Of a DNA stretch of 64,000 nucleotides, positions 11,901 to 22,106 are shown one piece after another. Under the pieces are notes generated by a model. That model saw only the letters and a program-made list of their open reading frames with translations, had not been told where the DNA came from and did no database searches. Source of the stretch: Macrostomum lignano (taxonomy: Eukaryota); the NCBI GenBank assembly GCA_002269645.1, contig NIVC01001325.1, positions 208,749-272,748 on the forward strand, given 5' to 3'. Position 1 is the first letter of the stretch, and every line of letters starts with the position of its first letter. The translations under genes were made by a program, and so were the position numbers.

Positions 11901-12061
11901 TGGACGGTCCCATTCAATTAGCGTTAAAAGCCGCCCTGAGAGACATTGGAAATCAAAGTGTAGACGAATTGCGTGACTATATTCAAAGTATTCAAGCTGC
12001 CAGCGCGCAGGCTAGCAATAGCGCTAATGATCGTCAGCTGTCTGGCTCAGCTGATGGCTGA
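8931..12061 (+). CDS. PPHLN1: Periphilin-1 homologue (HUSH complex subunit) with N-terminal RRM and RS-rich linker; 3 exons, ~329 aa
   Basis: Exons 8931-9140, 10326-10699, 11656-12061; all GT-AG, phases 0 and 2 consistent. C-terminus RRKADIEAMYRKDCETFATVVKMLLRHDPSLDGPIQLALKAALRDIGNQSVDELRDYI matches the recalled periphilin C-terminal helical domain (EIEQVYRQDCETFGMVVKMLIEKDPSLEKSIQFALRQNLHEIGERCVEELKHFI). Exons 1-2 give an RRM-like fold (HTLYLRGF...LNVALRFDSHEEADQLLKRY...RPSIVWF). Confidence 0.88.
9290..9572 (-). mobile_element. tRNA-derived SINE with CORE-like central domain (copy 1, periphilin intron 1)
   Basis: Minus strand head CAGCCTAGTGGTCAGAGCGTCGGACTCATGACTTGAAGGTCGCGGGTTCGATTCCCG has Pol III A and B boxes. 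Body CCTTGAGCAAGACACTTAACTCTGCATCGCTTCAGTTCACCCAGCTGTAAAATGGG resembles the MIR/CORE domain. Near-identical copy at 29375-29689; degraded copy at 60600-60830. Confidence 0.85.
9731..9926. repeat. 48-bp minisatellite (4 copies)
   Basis: Unit CTGAGGCTTGGGGGCTGGCCCTCATGAGTGTCAATCGCACGGCAACCC. Confidence 0.95.
10714..11634. repeat. 33/34-bp minisatellite filling periphilin intron 2 (~27 copies)
   Basis: Unit CTGCCC(C)TCA(C/A)TGTACACTGGCCCCAGCCAACTT; explains ORFs 10675-11697, 10892-11650 and 10515-10958. Confidence 0.95.
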
Positions 12062-12124
12062 CGCAACGATTTTAGCTGTTATTATTACTGTGTACGGCAG
12101 GCAATGAGCCCTGCTTTTGTGGAG

Positions 12125-13125
12125 TTGAAGCGTGGAATTACTGCAGAAACAAGGGGAATTACTGCAGAAACAAGGGAAATTACTGCAGAAACAAGGGGAA
12201 TTACTGCAGAAACAAGGGGAATTACTGCAAAAACAAGGAGAATTACTGCAGAAACAAGGAGAATTACTGCAGAAACAAGGGGAATTACTGAAGGAACAAG
12301 GGGAATTACTGCAGAAACAATGAGAATTACTGAAAGAACAAGGGGAATTACTGCAGAAACAAGGGGAATTACTGCAGAAACAAGGGGAATTACTGAAGGA
12401 ACAAGGGGAATTACTGCAGAAACAAGGAGAATTACTGAAAGAACAAGGGGAATTACTGCAGAAACAAGGGGAATTACTGCAGAAACAAGGGGAATTACTG
12501 CAGAAACAAGGGGAATTACTGCAAAAACAAGGAGAATTACTGCAGAAACAAGGAGAATTACTGCAGAAACAAGGGGAATTACTGAAGGAACAAGGGGAAT
12601 TACTGCAGAAACAAGGAGAATTACTGAAAGAACAAGGGGAATTACTGCAGAAACAAAGAGAATTACGGAATAAACAAAAGGGAATTACTGCAGAAACAAT
12701 GAGAATTACTGCAGAAACAAGGAGAATTACTGCAGAAACAAGGGGAATTACTGCAGAAACATGGGGAATTACTGAAGGAACAAGGGGAATTACTTCAGAA
12801 ACAAGGAGAATTACTGCAAAAACAAGGGGAATTACTGAAGGAACAAGGGGAATTACTGCATAAACAAAGAGAATTACTGCAGAAACAAGGAGAATTACTG
12901 CAGAAACAAGGGGAGTTACTGCAGAAACAAGGGGAATTACTGCAAAAACAAAGGGAATTACTGAAGGAACAAGGGGAATTACTGAAGGAACAAGGGGAAT
13001 TACGAGTACTGCAGAAACAAGGAGAATTATTGAAGAAACAAGGCTAATTACTGAAGAAACAAGGCTAATTACTGAAGGAACAAGGAGAATTACTGCAGAA
13101 ACAAGGGGAATTACAAAGTTACTGA
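12125..13125. repeat. 21-bp minisatellite (~47 copies) just 3' of the periphilin stop codon
   Basis: Unit GGGGAATTACTGCAGAAACAA with variants; explains ORFs 12047-13207 and 12104-12673. Confidence 0.95.
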
Positions 13126-14029
13126 AGGCACAACGGAGAGAACTGTGAGGCAGCAGTCTTGATTTTTGTATGCATCGCATTACAACAAACAGCGCATATT
13201 TTATCAAGCATCTAAATTAATTTTTCGTGTGCATCATTTTTATGCTATATAAACTCCATACAGTCTATACTTGCATGCTACTTCTCACTAGTAATAAGTA
13301 ATATCATTAGTTCTATGACCCATTCAAAGTCTTTTAATTAAATTATTTCTACTCTATTTTGAGGATAATTTATTGCTTAATAACATCCCAACGCTCTCCC
13401 AATAAAATTCATTTGAATAACTATTGTGTGGCATCCCCTAGTGCAAGCGCGATTCTAAATTTATTCTGGCTTTTGGTGTATATTATTCAACATGTTTGTT
13501 TTATAGTACGAGTTATTGCTTAATCTTGCTTGTTGCTTCAGACAACACTACGAGAGATAATAGATTAAAGTTACTCGAAAACCTGCATGTGCAGAGACTG
13601 CCCTACTTCTTAACATGTTTGCATTGCCAATTTGAAAACTGCACTTAGCTTCGCCAAAAGAATTGACTTGACTGTAAAACAATTTTTCTTCACTTTTCTT
13701 TTCTTCAATTTTTCTTTCCCCAATTATCAATAATATAACGGTTTAGCAAGCTAAACTAAATCGCATTGAAGCGAATTAAGGCTGGTTTTGGTTTGGAATT
13801 TGTGTAATTATGTTGATGTTCACGTTTTAGCGAATTCTGCCGCTGTCGCTACAATAAGAAGTTTAAAGGACTCCAGTTTTATCTTTACATTGATAGGAAT
13901 TTTATTTAGGCTTATGATATGCACTTGTAATGTAAAAGTATCAGCGTATTTTTTAAAGTACTGCCATACTATAAAAGTACTTAGGTACTTTAAAAAGTTG
14001 TGTACTTGAAAATAATTCTAGTGTTACTT

Positions 14030-14160
14030 TGAAGTACGTGTGTACTTGTGAGTACGTGTGTACTTGCAAGTACGTCTGTACTCAAAAAGTACTTGCGTAC
14101 TCTAAAAGTACTTGCGTACTCTAAAAGTACTTACGTACTCGTAAAGTGCTTGTGTACTTG
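14030..14160. repeat. Short degenerate ~20-bp GTAC-rich tandem repeat
   Basis: Repeats of GTACTTG(C/T)GTACTCTAAAA directly upstream of the MIC13 acceptor. Confidence 0.7.
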
Positions 14161-14203
14161 ATCTTCTATTACTTAGTGATACCTTAACCCATCCTGCTTG
14201 CAG

Positions 14204-14518
14204 GCAGTCCTAATCACGTGGCTCATCCGAGCTAGCAAGCTCGGCCTTGTCGGCGGCGCACTCTGGGCCACTCACTCGGCCGGCGTTTGGAGCCTGCAGC
14301 CCGGCGTGCCAAATCCGGCCGCATCTAGACTGCGTCGGGACATTCTGCCCGAGGCGGCCGCGGCGGTGGATTCTGTGCCCAGTGCCGGCCAGCTTGTCGA
14401 CCAGGCGGCCGGACAGTGGAATGACGGCGTGTCGGCCGCCTGCTCGTGGCTGGCGCGGGCACCCTCCAGCCTCACCGACGCTTGTCGGGGTCTTTTAGTT
14501 TCTCAACGATCGGAATAA
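14204..14518 (+). CDS. MICOS13: MICOS subunit MIC13/QIL1 homologue (~105 aa); no genomic ATG found in front of the exon
   Basis: After acceptor CTTGCAG (ends 14203): AVLITWLIRASKLGLVGGALWATHSAGVW...LP...QWNDGVSAACSWLARAPS. Has the N-terminal GxxxG TM segment, the C-terminal WN motif and the size of the MIC13 family. Confidence 0.78.
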   Translation, partial: AVLITWLIRASKLGLVGGALWATHSAGVWSLQPGVPNPAASRLRRDILPEAAAAVDSVPSAGQLVDQAAGQWNDGVSAACSWLARAPSSLTDACRGLLVSQRSE

Positions 14519-14959
14519 ATAACAGAGACTATTAAGTTCTACCTATTTTCATGTGTTTAATACGATCCTTCTTTGAAAGCGGCATAAAAGTGCGCAAGTA
14601 AAGCACTTTTAAAAACAATTACACTCTCGATAATTGGTTGGAATGGGATTTTTCAGAGCAAATGAGTCCCACAGGATCTCAGCTCTTTCACAGTTTCACA
14701 TTATATAATCTGGATCTGGCCCGCTGAACCAACCTAAGAATTTTGCTCATTTTATAAACTGTCAAAGAAGTATGCTGCTCGAGAAGCACTGCCTACTATA
14801 ACATAGTAAATAGATCGACTATATATTATATAAAGCGATTCTTGGCGCTTGGCACCTTGCTTTTGTTTCGTTTTTTTCATTTTAGTAGTCCGCACCCTCG
14901 GAACTTCAATATGAAGTTTCGGAGTTCTGTCGAAAATGTAAAGTGTCGGAAATTCAGTG

Positions 14960-15245
14960 ATTTGAAGTGTCGGAATTGTAAAGTTTCGGTGATTGAAGTG
15001 TCGGAGACATGAAGTGTCGGAGACATGAAGTGTCGGAGACATGAAGTGTCGGAGACATGAAGTGTCGGAGACATGAAGTGTCGGAGACATGAAGTGTCGG
15101 AGACATGAAGTGTCGGAGACATGAAGTGTCGGAGATATGAAGTGTCGGAGTCATGAAGTGTCGGAGACATGAAATGTCGGAAATGTGAAGTGTCAGAGAT
15201 GTGAAATGTCGGAAATGCAAAGTGTAGGAAATGTGAAGTGTCGGG
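14960..15245. repeat. 16-bp minisatellite
   Basis: Unit GAAGTGTCGGAGACAT. Confidence 0.95.
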
Positions 15246-15465
15246 GGGTATCAAGAGTCGTACATATAAGAGGTGCTGTTGTACATATGAAAATTCGGAA
15301 ATATGAAAGCAGCCTCCCGTTTAGGCCTATACTCGGTTATATACTTCAATTAATCTTTCGTTTATGCCTTTCGCTACTGGAGATCCGCAGGTCATCTGTC
15401 AGAGCAATATAGCACGCTTTCTTTAACGTGTGTGCAGCTCTTCTTGCCGACGTAAAAAATCTATT

Positions 15466-18400
15466 ATGCAACAACAGCAGCTGCGTCTGCCAGTCGACTT
15501 GCCGAATTGGCCAGACTTGCGAAAAATATTATTGATATTGCGTCATAATGATGGCAAAACCTCCACCCTAATGCGATCTCTGGACCTGTTGCAGTCATGC
15601 TTTGTTGGCGGCGGCTGCGGCGGCGACTTAATGGCGGCATCGGTTGGCATCGGCAGGAGTCGGTCGTCCTGCTTTGCCGGTCTCGGCCGTTTCTTAGAAA
15701 CCTCTCTGCGGCCGGATGAACGGCGCCAGTTCTTTAGCAGCACCCTGCCGTTTATTGTGGACCGGGTGCTGGCGCTGGAGACGCACAGGGAGACTCTGAA
15801 TTATTCGCGCCAGAGTTTGCGTGAGTCGCACTGAAAATAATTATAAGCCTATTGAGTATGATCCTAACCTAAGAATCACCCAAAAAAGACCTATGAATCA
15901 CCAAAAACAGACCTAAAATCACCCTAAACAGATTTTAAGATCACCTAAAAACAGACAAGAATCACCCGAAAAACAGACGTATGAATAACCTCAAACAGGC
16001 CTTTGAATCACCTTAAACAGACCCATGAATCACCAAAAACAGGCCTATAAATCACCCAAAAACAGACTTATGAATCACCTAAAAACAGACCTACGAATCA
16101 CCCAAAAACAGACTTATGAATCACCTAAAAACAGACCTACGAATCAACCAAAAACAGACCTTAAAATCACCGTAAAACGGACCTAATAATCACCTAAGGC
16201 TGACTCGCATGAGCCTGTGTACAAGCAAGCCCAATTAGCATTAACGCAAGTATGAATGATCTAATACTGCCTTTAATCCTCTCCCCGCAGCCGTTGCCGT
16301 CCTGCTTAGCCGAAGTTTTATCTCATCTCTAATTGCGTCCGCTTTCCTCTGTTTGATGCCGCCGCATCCGCCTGAACTGTTGGATTCCATGTCCGACAAT
16401 AGTTTTGCACCATTCTTTGCCGGCATCCTGTCCACGTGAGTTGCTGGGTGTTACTTTTGTATGAGCAGTGTTTCACAATGGTCATTAGTGTGTGAGCAGT
16501 GTTTCACAATGGTCATTAGTGTGTGAGCAGTGTTTCACAATGGTCATTAGTGTGTGAGCAGTGTTTCACAAAGGTCATTAGTGTGTGAGCAGTGTTTCAC
16601 TGAGGTCATTAGTGTGAGAGCAGTGTTTCACAATGGTCATTAGTGTGTGAGCAGTGTTTCACGAAGGTTATTAGTGTGTGAGCAGTGTTTCACAATGGTC
16701 ATTAGTGTGTGAGCAGTGTTTCACAATGGTCATTAGTGTGTGAGCAGTGTTTCACGAAGGTCATTAGTGTGTGAGCAGTGTTTCACAATGGTCATTAGTG
16801 TGTGAGCAGTGTTTCACGAAGGTCATTAGTGTGTGAGCAGTGTTTCACAATGGTCATTAGTGTGTGAGCAGTGTTTCACGAAGGTCATTAGTGTGTGAGC
16901 AGTGTTTCACGAAGGTCATTAGTGCTGCACAAATCATAAATCATAAAGCTTGAGCAACGCATCCCCACCGCCCCTCAATCCCGCTGCAGCTCCAGCTACC
17001 AAGCCGAGAAGCTTCGCTGCATCCTGGCCTACTTCGAGGAACTCCAGCGTCGGTCCACTGTTGCCAGCCAACTTGAAACTGACGATGAAAAGCTGCTCAT
17101 TGTTCGATCCGTGCTGGAACCGGGACTGCTGCTAGGCTCGGATTACCTGGCCTCCAGCTCCCAGCCCCTGTGCCCGGTGCTGCTTGACCCCGATGCGCCA
17201 ATCGATCAGGCGGACACCGCGCTGCTGCATGTCAACTTCAGCAGCTGCCTGCTCGGGGGCAGCACTCTGCGGACTGGGGTGGCCCAGGTATGCCAGGTCC
17301 TCCAAATTTTGTTGCTGGGCCAGCCTCCCAAGTCCTCAGTTGCTGGGCCAGCCTCCCAAGTCCTCAGTTGCTGGGCCACAATCCCAGACCCTCAGTTGCT
17401 CGGCCACTGCCAGCCTCCGAGATCCATAATTGCTGGGCCAGCCTCCGAGATCCTCAATTGCTGGGCCAGCCTCCGAGATCCATAATTGCTGGGCCAGCCT
17501 CCGAGATCCTCAATTGCTGGGCCAGCCTCCGAGATCCATAATTGCTGGGCCAGCCTCCGAGATCCTCAATTGCTAGGCCAGCCTCCCAGATCCTCAGTTG
17601 CTAGTCCATCCTCCCAGATCCTCAGTTGCTAGGCACTGCCACTTTCTCAGATCCTCAGTTGCTAGGCCACCGCCAATTTCCCAGATCCTCAGTTGCTGGG
17701 CCATCGCCACATTCCCAGTTTGCAAATATTAATACATTAACAAACTGCAACTCATTGTCAGGAGGAAGTGAACTTCTGCGTTCACCCCGAGCTGCTGGTA
17801 ACGCAGCTGTTCATGGAGGCCATGGAGAGCAACGAATCTGTATTCGTATTCGGCTACGAGCCATTCAGCTCCTACACCGGCTCGGGCGTGGGCTTCAGAT
17901 TCAGCGGGCGCTTGTCAGAAATGTCTTTGCCTCCTTTTGACCGCTGCCTCGTGTGCATGGACGCTCTGCCGTTCATCTGGTGCCAGCACGAGCAATACTA
18001 CGAATGCAATTTGATGCGAGAACTTAACAAGGCTTTTGTAGGATTCAGGCAGAGCTTCGCTCATGTGAGTGGCTTTTTTCCTGTGTTGCATTTTTAGGAT
18101 ATTTCTCTTTGAGTCCCGTCTCATCCGTCCAGTTCTCTATTTTCGAGACTGGTTTGAGTCCCGTCTCATTCTGTTCTCTATTTTCGAGACTGGTTTGAGT
18201 CCCATCTCATCCTTGCTGTTCTCTATTTTCGAGACTGGTTTGAGTCCCATCTCATCCTTGCTGTTCTCTATTTTCGAGACTGGTTTGAGTCCCATCTCAT
18301 CCTTGCTGTTCTCTATTTTCGAGACTGGTTTAAGTCCCGTCTCATCCTTGCTGTTCTCTATTTTCGAGACTGGTTTAAGTCCCGTCTCATCCTTGCTGTT

Positions 18401-21400
18401 CTCTATTTTCGGGACTGGTTTGAGTCCCGTCTTAATCTGTTCTCTATTTTCGGGACTGGTTTGAGTCCCGTCTTAATCTGTTCTCTATTTTCGGGGACTG
18501 GTTTGAGTCCCGTCTTAATCTGTTCTCTTTTTTCGGGGACTGGTTTGAGTCCCGTCTTAATCTGTTCTCCATTCTGCCTTTCTATTATGATGCCCCCTTT
18601 CAATTTTCTGTTTCAAAAAAGATCCCCTACTCACAATATTTCCCATACAATTCGTATTTTTCTAGATCCCCAAGCAGGCGCCGCAGCCAGCGGACCAGGG
18701 CCCCCTGTCCATGCTGGAGCTGGCCGCCGCCCCCTCGCCTCATCCTCATCGGCGGCCTCCTACTCAAGCTCAGCCCCAGCCTCCTCATCATCATCCTCGA
18801 ACCCCCGCCTCGGCCTCCGCATCAACTTCCGGGGCTGTCGTCATCGACTGGACTAATCGTAGGCGCAGCAGCGGCGCCGCCTCATCGGCGTCGTCCTCGA
18901 CGCCCTCCTGGCAGCAGCAGCGCGGCAGTCATTCGTCTTCGTCGTCGTCCGCCTCGCGTCGGAGCAGCTCCCGTAACTCCAGCCAGGTGAACGCGTCCGA
19001 ACTGGAAGAATTCCTGCAGCAGGGCGGCCGCAGGACCATCGCCGAGGAGGCCATCATCGAGGCGGATGTGGCGACGGCTGGGAATGGCGGCGACTATCAC
19101 AGCCAGGAGCAGCCGGGTAGCAACGGCGTTGGGAACAGCAGCGGCAACAACAAAGTCGAACCGGCAAAGCCTGTCGCGGACGTCGGCCTGGGCAGCAGCA
19201 AGCTGTCCACCATGCTTCAGCGCAGGCGCAACAGCTCGCCGCTGCGTCGGCCGCCTAGCAACGGCGAACAGCGTCGTCGTAGGCGTCGCCGACTATCGGC
19301 TAGGCGCGACAGTTCGCCTGCGGCCTCGCCGCCGCTTGTCTTCATTGACGATTGTCGACGACGCAGAGAAGCAGCTACGGCGACAGCGGCGGCCGCCCTC
19401 TTAGACTCGCTGCTTCGCCAGGCTATGCTGGAGGCCGCAGCCGCTCTGGCCGCCAACGCCGCCGCTGAGAAGACCAAGAGAAATAATCGAACAAAGAAAA
19501 AGAAGCCGAAGCACCAATCTAGTTTGTCTTCGACTGCCAGAGCTTATCTGCCTAGCGGCGACCAGCGCCAGCAGCAGCTGTTCAGCGTCGACGCCTGCGG
19601 CAATCTGGCGGAGCCGAGGCTGCACTGGCTGGCTGGCCGGGTGGCCGATCGGGCCGTGGCCTCCGCTTTGCTGGTGCTGCGCCATCGGGCCCTGTGCCCC
19701 AGCCAGGCCTGCTGCCAGCGCCGGCATCGGCAGCAGCTGAGCGATGCCGACCAGCAGGCCGAGCTGGCCTTTGTTGACGCTGTCGACGGTCTGGCCAGTC
19801 GGATGGCCCACCGGATTGTGGCGCAGGCTGTGCCGGAGGCGGCCCGGACCTACAGCGACTCGTTGCACGTGAGTTTCTGGCTGGATTGTGCTGTGCTCAT
19901 TGAGTTCTCTACCAATGGCTTCTCTACCCACTGTGCTCATTGAGTTCTCTACCAATGGCTTCTCTACCCACTGTGCTCATTGAGTTCTCTACCAATGGCT
20001 TCTCTACCCACTGTGCTCATTGAGTTCTCTACCAATGGCTTCTCTACCCACTGTGCTCATTGAGTTCTCTACCAATGGCTTCTCTACCCACTGTGCTCAT
20101 TGAGTTCTCTACCAATGGCTTCTCTACCCACTGTGCTCATTGACTTCTCTACCAATGGCTTCTCTACCCGCTGTGCTCATTGAGTTCTCGACCAATGGCT
20201 TCTCTACCCGCTGTGCTCATTGAGTTTTTTACCCACTGCTTCATTCCAGTGCCATGAACTTGCTTCGCTTGTACCTCGCGGCGTTGCCACCGGCAACTGG
20301 GGCTGCGATTCAAGCGGCGGCGACCCCCAGCTAAAATCGCTGCTGCAGTGGATGGCGGCTTCGCTAAATCAGCTGCCGGTCTATCAGTACCATTCGCTGG
20401 GCAATTCCCGGATGGGACAGGTGTGTGTTACATCTTGTTATCGAAATCTTATGTATTTATACCTCGTAAATATGAGTTTTCATGTATCAAAAAGGGGAGC
20501 CCCGATCCCAATACTGGAAATCTTGTTCTTTAACATTGAAAATCCCGATACGGAAATCCCGCTTCTAAACATGGTTCTCGTTCTAAAATCTCGTTCTAAA
20601 CGACGAAAGTCCTGTTCCTAAAATATCTTCCTTAATGTGAGAAATCCAGTTTCTAAACGTAAGAAATCGCGTTTTTAAGCATCGGAAATCTCGTTCCTAA
20701 ACGCAGGAAACCCTATTTCTAAGGAAATCCCTTTTACAAGAAATAGAAATCCCGTTTCTAAACATGGAAAACCCTGTTTCTAGCCATAGAAAATCCCGTC
20801 TATAAGTATGAGAAATCCTGTTTCTAAGCAAGGGAAATCTGTTTCTAATCGTGGGAAATCCCATTTCTAAGCTTGAGAAATCACATTTCTAAGCATGGGA
20901 AATCCCGTTTCTAAGCATGGGAAATCCCGTTTCTAAGCATGAGAAATCCAGTTTCTAAGCATGGGAAATCCAGTTTCTAAGCATGGGAAATCCCGTTTCT
21001 AAGCATGAGAAATCCCGTTTCTAAGCATGGGAAATCCCGTTTCTAAGCATGGGAAATCCCGTTTCTAAGCATGGGAAATCCCGTTTCTAAGCATGGGAAA
21101 TCCCGTTTCTAAGCATGAGAAATCCAGTTTCTAAGCATGGGAAATCCAGTTTCTAAGCATGGGAAATCCAGTTTTTAAGCATGGGAAATCCAGTTTCTAA
21201 GCATGGGAAATCCAGTTTTTAAGCATGGGAAATCCCGTTTCTAAGCATTGGAAATCGCGTTTCTAAGCATGGGAAATCCTGTTTCTAAGCTAGGGGAATT
21301 CCATTCCACTGAATGTTGGAAAACTCAATTTCTAATTGTCCCATCATCCCAGTACTAATAAAAGAAAATTCTGTCCATTTTCATGCGGCTCACTGTCTGC

Positions 21401-21609
21401 CTCTTCCCCCTTCCTCGATCCCCATCCCCCAGTTCGACGAACTCAGCAACCAGCTGCAGACTCAAGGCTGGTCCGTGGGCCGACTTTGGCAGCAAGTCCA
21501 GGCCTACAGCCAGGTGGCTCTGAAGGAGCAGGAGCGATTAGAGCGGGTTGAGACCAGCCTGTTTGCTTACCTGCTGGCGCAGCTGTCTGCACATGCTGCT
21601 TCTGAATAA
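15466..21609 (+). CDS. PARG: Divergent poly(ADP-ribose) glycohydrolase-family protein with a ~400-aa insert; 7 exons, ~883 aa
   Basis: Exons 15466-15820, 16291-16435, 16990-17287, 17762-18064, 18666-19868, 20250-20420, 21433-21609; all GT-AG, phases consistent. PARG motifs in order: FFSSTLPFIVDRVL; VLLSRSFISSLIASAFLC; EKLRCILAYF; HVNFSSCLLGGSTLRTGVAQ/EEVNFCVHPEL; RELNKAFVGF; VATGNWGC..GGDPQLKSLLQWMAAS; WSVGRLW. Confidence 0.92.
15860..16195. repeat. Degenerate ~22-bp minisatellite in PARG intron 1
   Basis: Repeats of ATGAATCACC(C/T)AAAAACAGAC(C/T)T. Confidence 0.85.
16462..16925. repeat. 31-bp minisatellite (15 copies) in PARG intron 2
   Basis: Unit GTGTGAGCAGTGTTTCAC(AAT/GAA)GGTCATTAGT. 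Confidence 0.95.
17305..17705. repeat. 28-bp minisatellite in PARG intron 3
   Basis: Unit TTGCTGGGCCAGCCTCC(CA/GA)(A)GATCC(TC/AT)A(G/A) with variants. Confidence 0.9.
18105..18570. repeat. 42/45-bp minisatellite in PARG intron 4
   Basis: Unit CTGTTCTCTATTTTCGAGACTGGTTTGAGTCCCATCTCATCCTTG. Confidence 0.93.
19887..20240. repeat. 40-bp minisatellite (~9 copies) in PARG intron 5
   Basis: Unit CTGTGCTCATTGAGTTCTCTACCAATGGCTTCTCTACCCA. Confidence 0.95.
20640..21295. repeat. 22-bp minisatellite in PARG intron 6
   Basis: Unit GTTTCTAAGCATGGGAAATCC(C/A); degenerate at the 5' end, homogeneous from ~20890. Confidence 0.93.
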
Positions 21610-22106
21610 ATCAATTTTTATTGAGATTTACGCACAGTTCTTGAGCAGAGATCAGTAAGGAGTTTGTGCTCTTTTTTCATGTATTTTGTCATTTTTTCAC
21701 TTTTTTACTATTTATTTCCCCCATAGCTCCTCACTGTTGAGTATAATCCGGATTCTGTTTGTAAGCAATTAGATTTCTCTTTTATAAGTTCCTTTTTTAT
21801 TTCACCATATTATGCATCCTGCTCAACCTACTTGAGTAGGTAAATTAGTGACCGTATTTGAGAGTCAGTTGGTATTTCGTAGTTATTATTAATTGTAGAA
21901 AATTTTTGGTCCATTTATCGCGCACTTTGACTACTTTTTTGTTTCAGTAGTGTAGTGTGTGTGTGTGTGTTTGAGTTGTGCTTGCGATAGGGTAGCATGT
22001 TTTTGGCGTTTCTTTGTCGCACTGATTGACTTTTTCTATTTCTGTTAATCGGCAATGTTTATCTGGTAGAATTCAAATCAATGCCATTTAGCAAGTAATT
22101 GTAGCA

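Noticed and set aside
10675-13207. Long ORFs 10675-11697, 10892-11650, 12047-13207 and 12104-12673
   Set aside because: Stop-free frames of minisatellites; real exons are bounded by clear splice sites outside the arrays.
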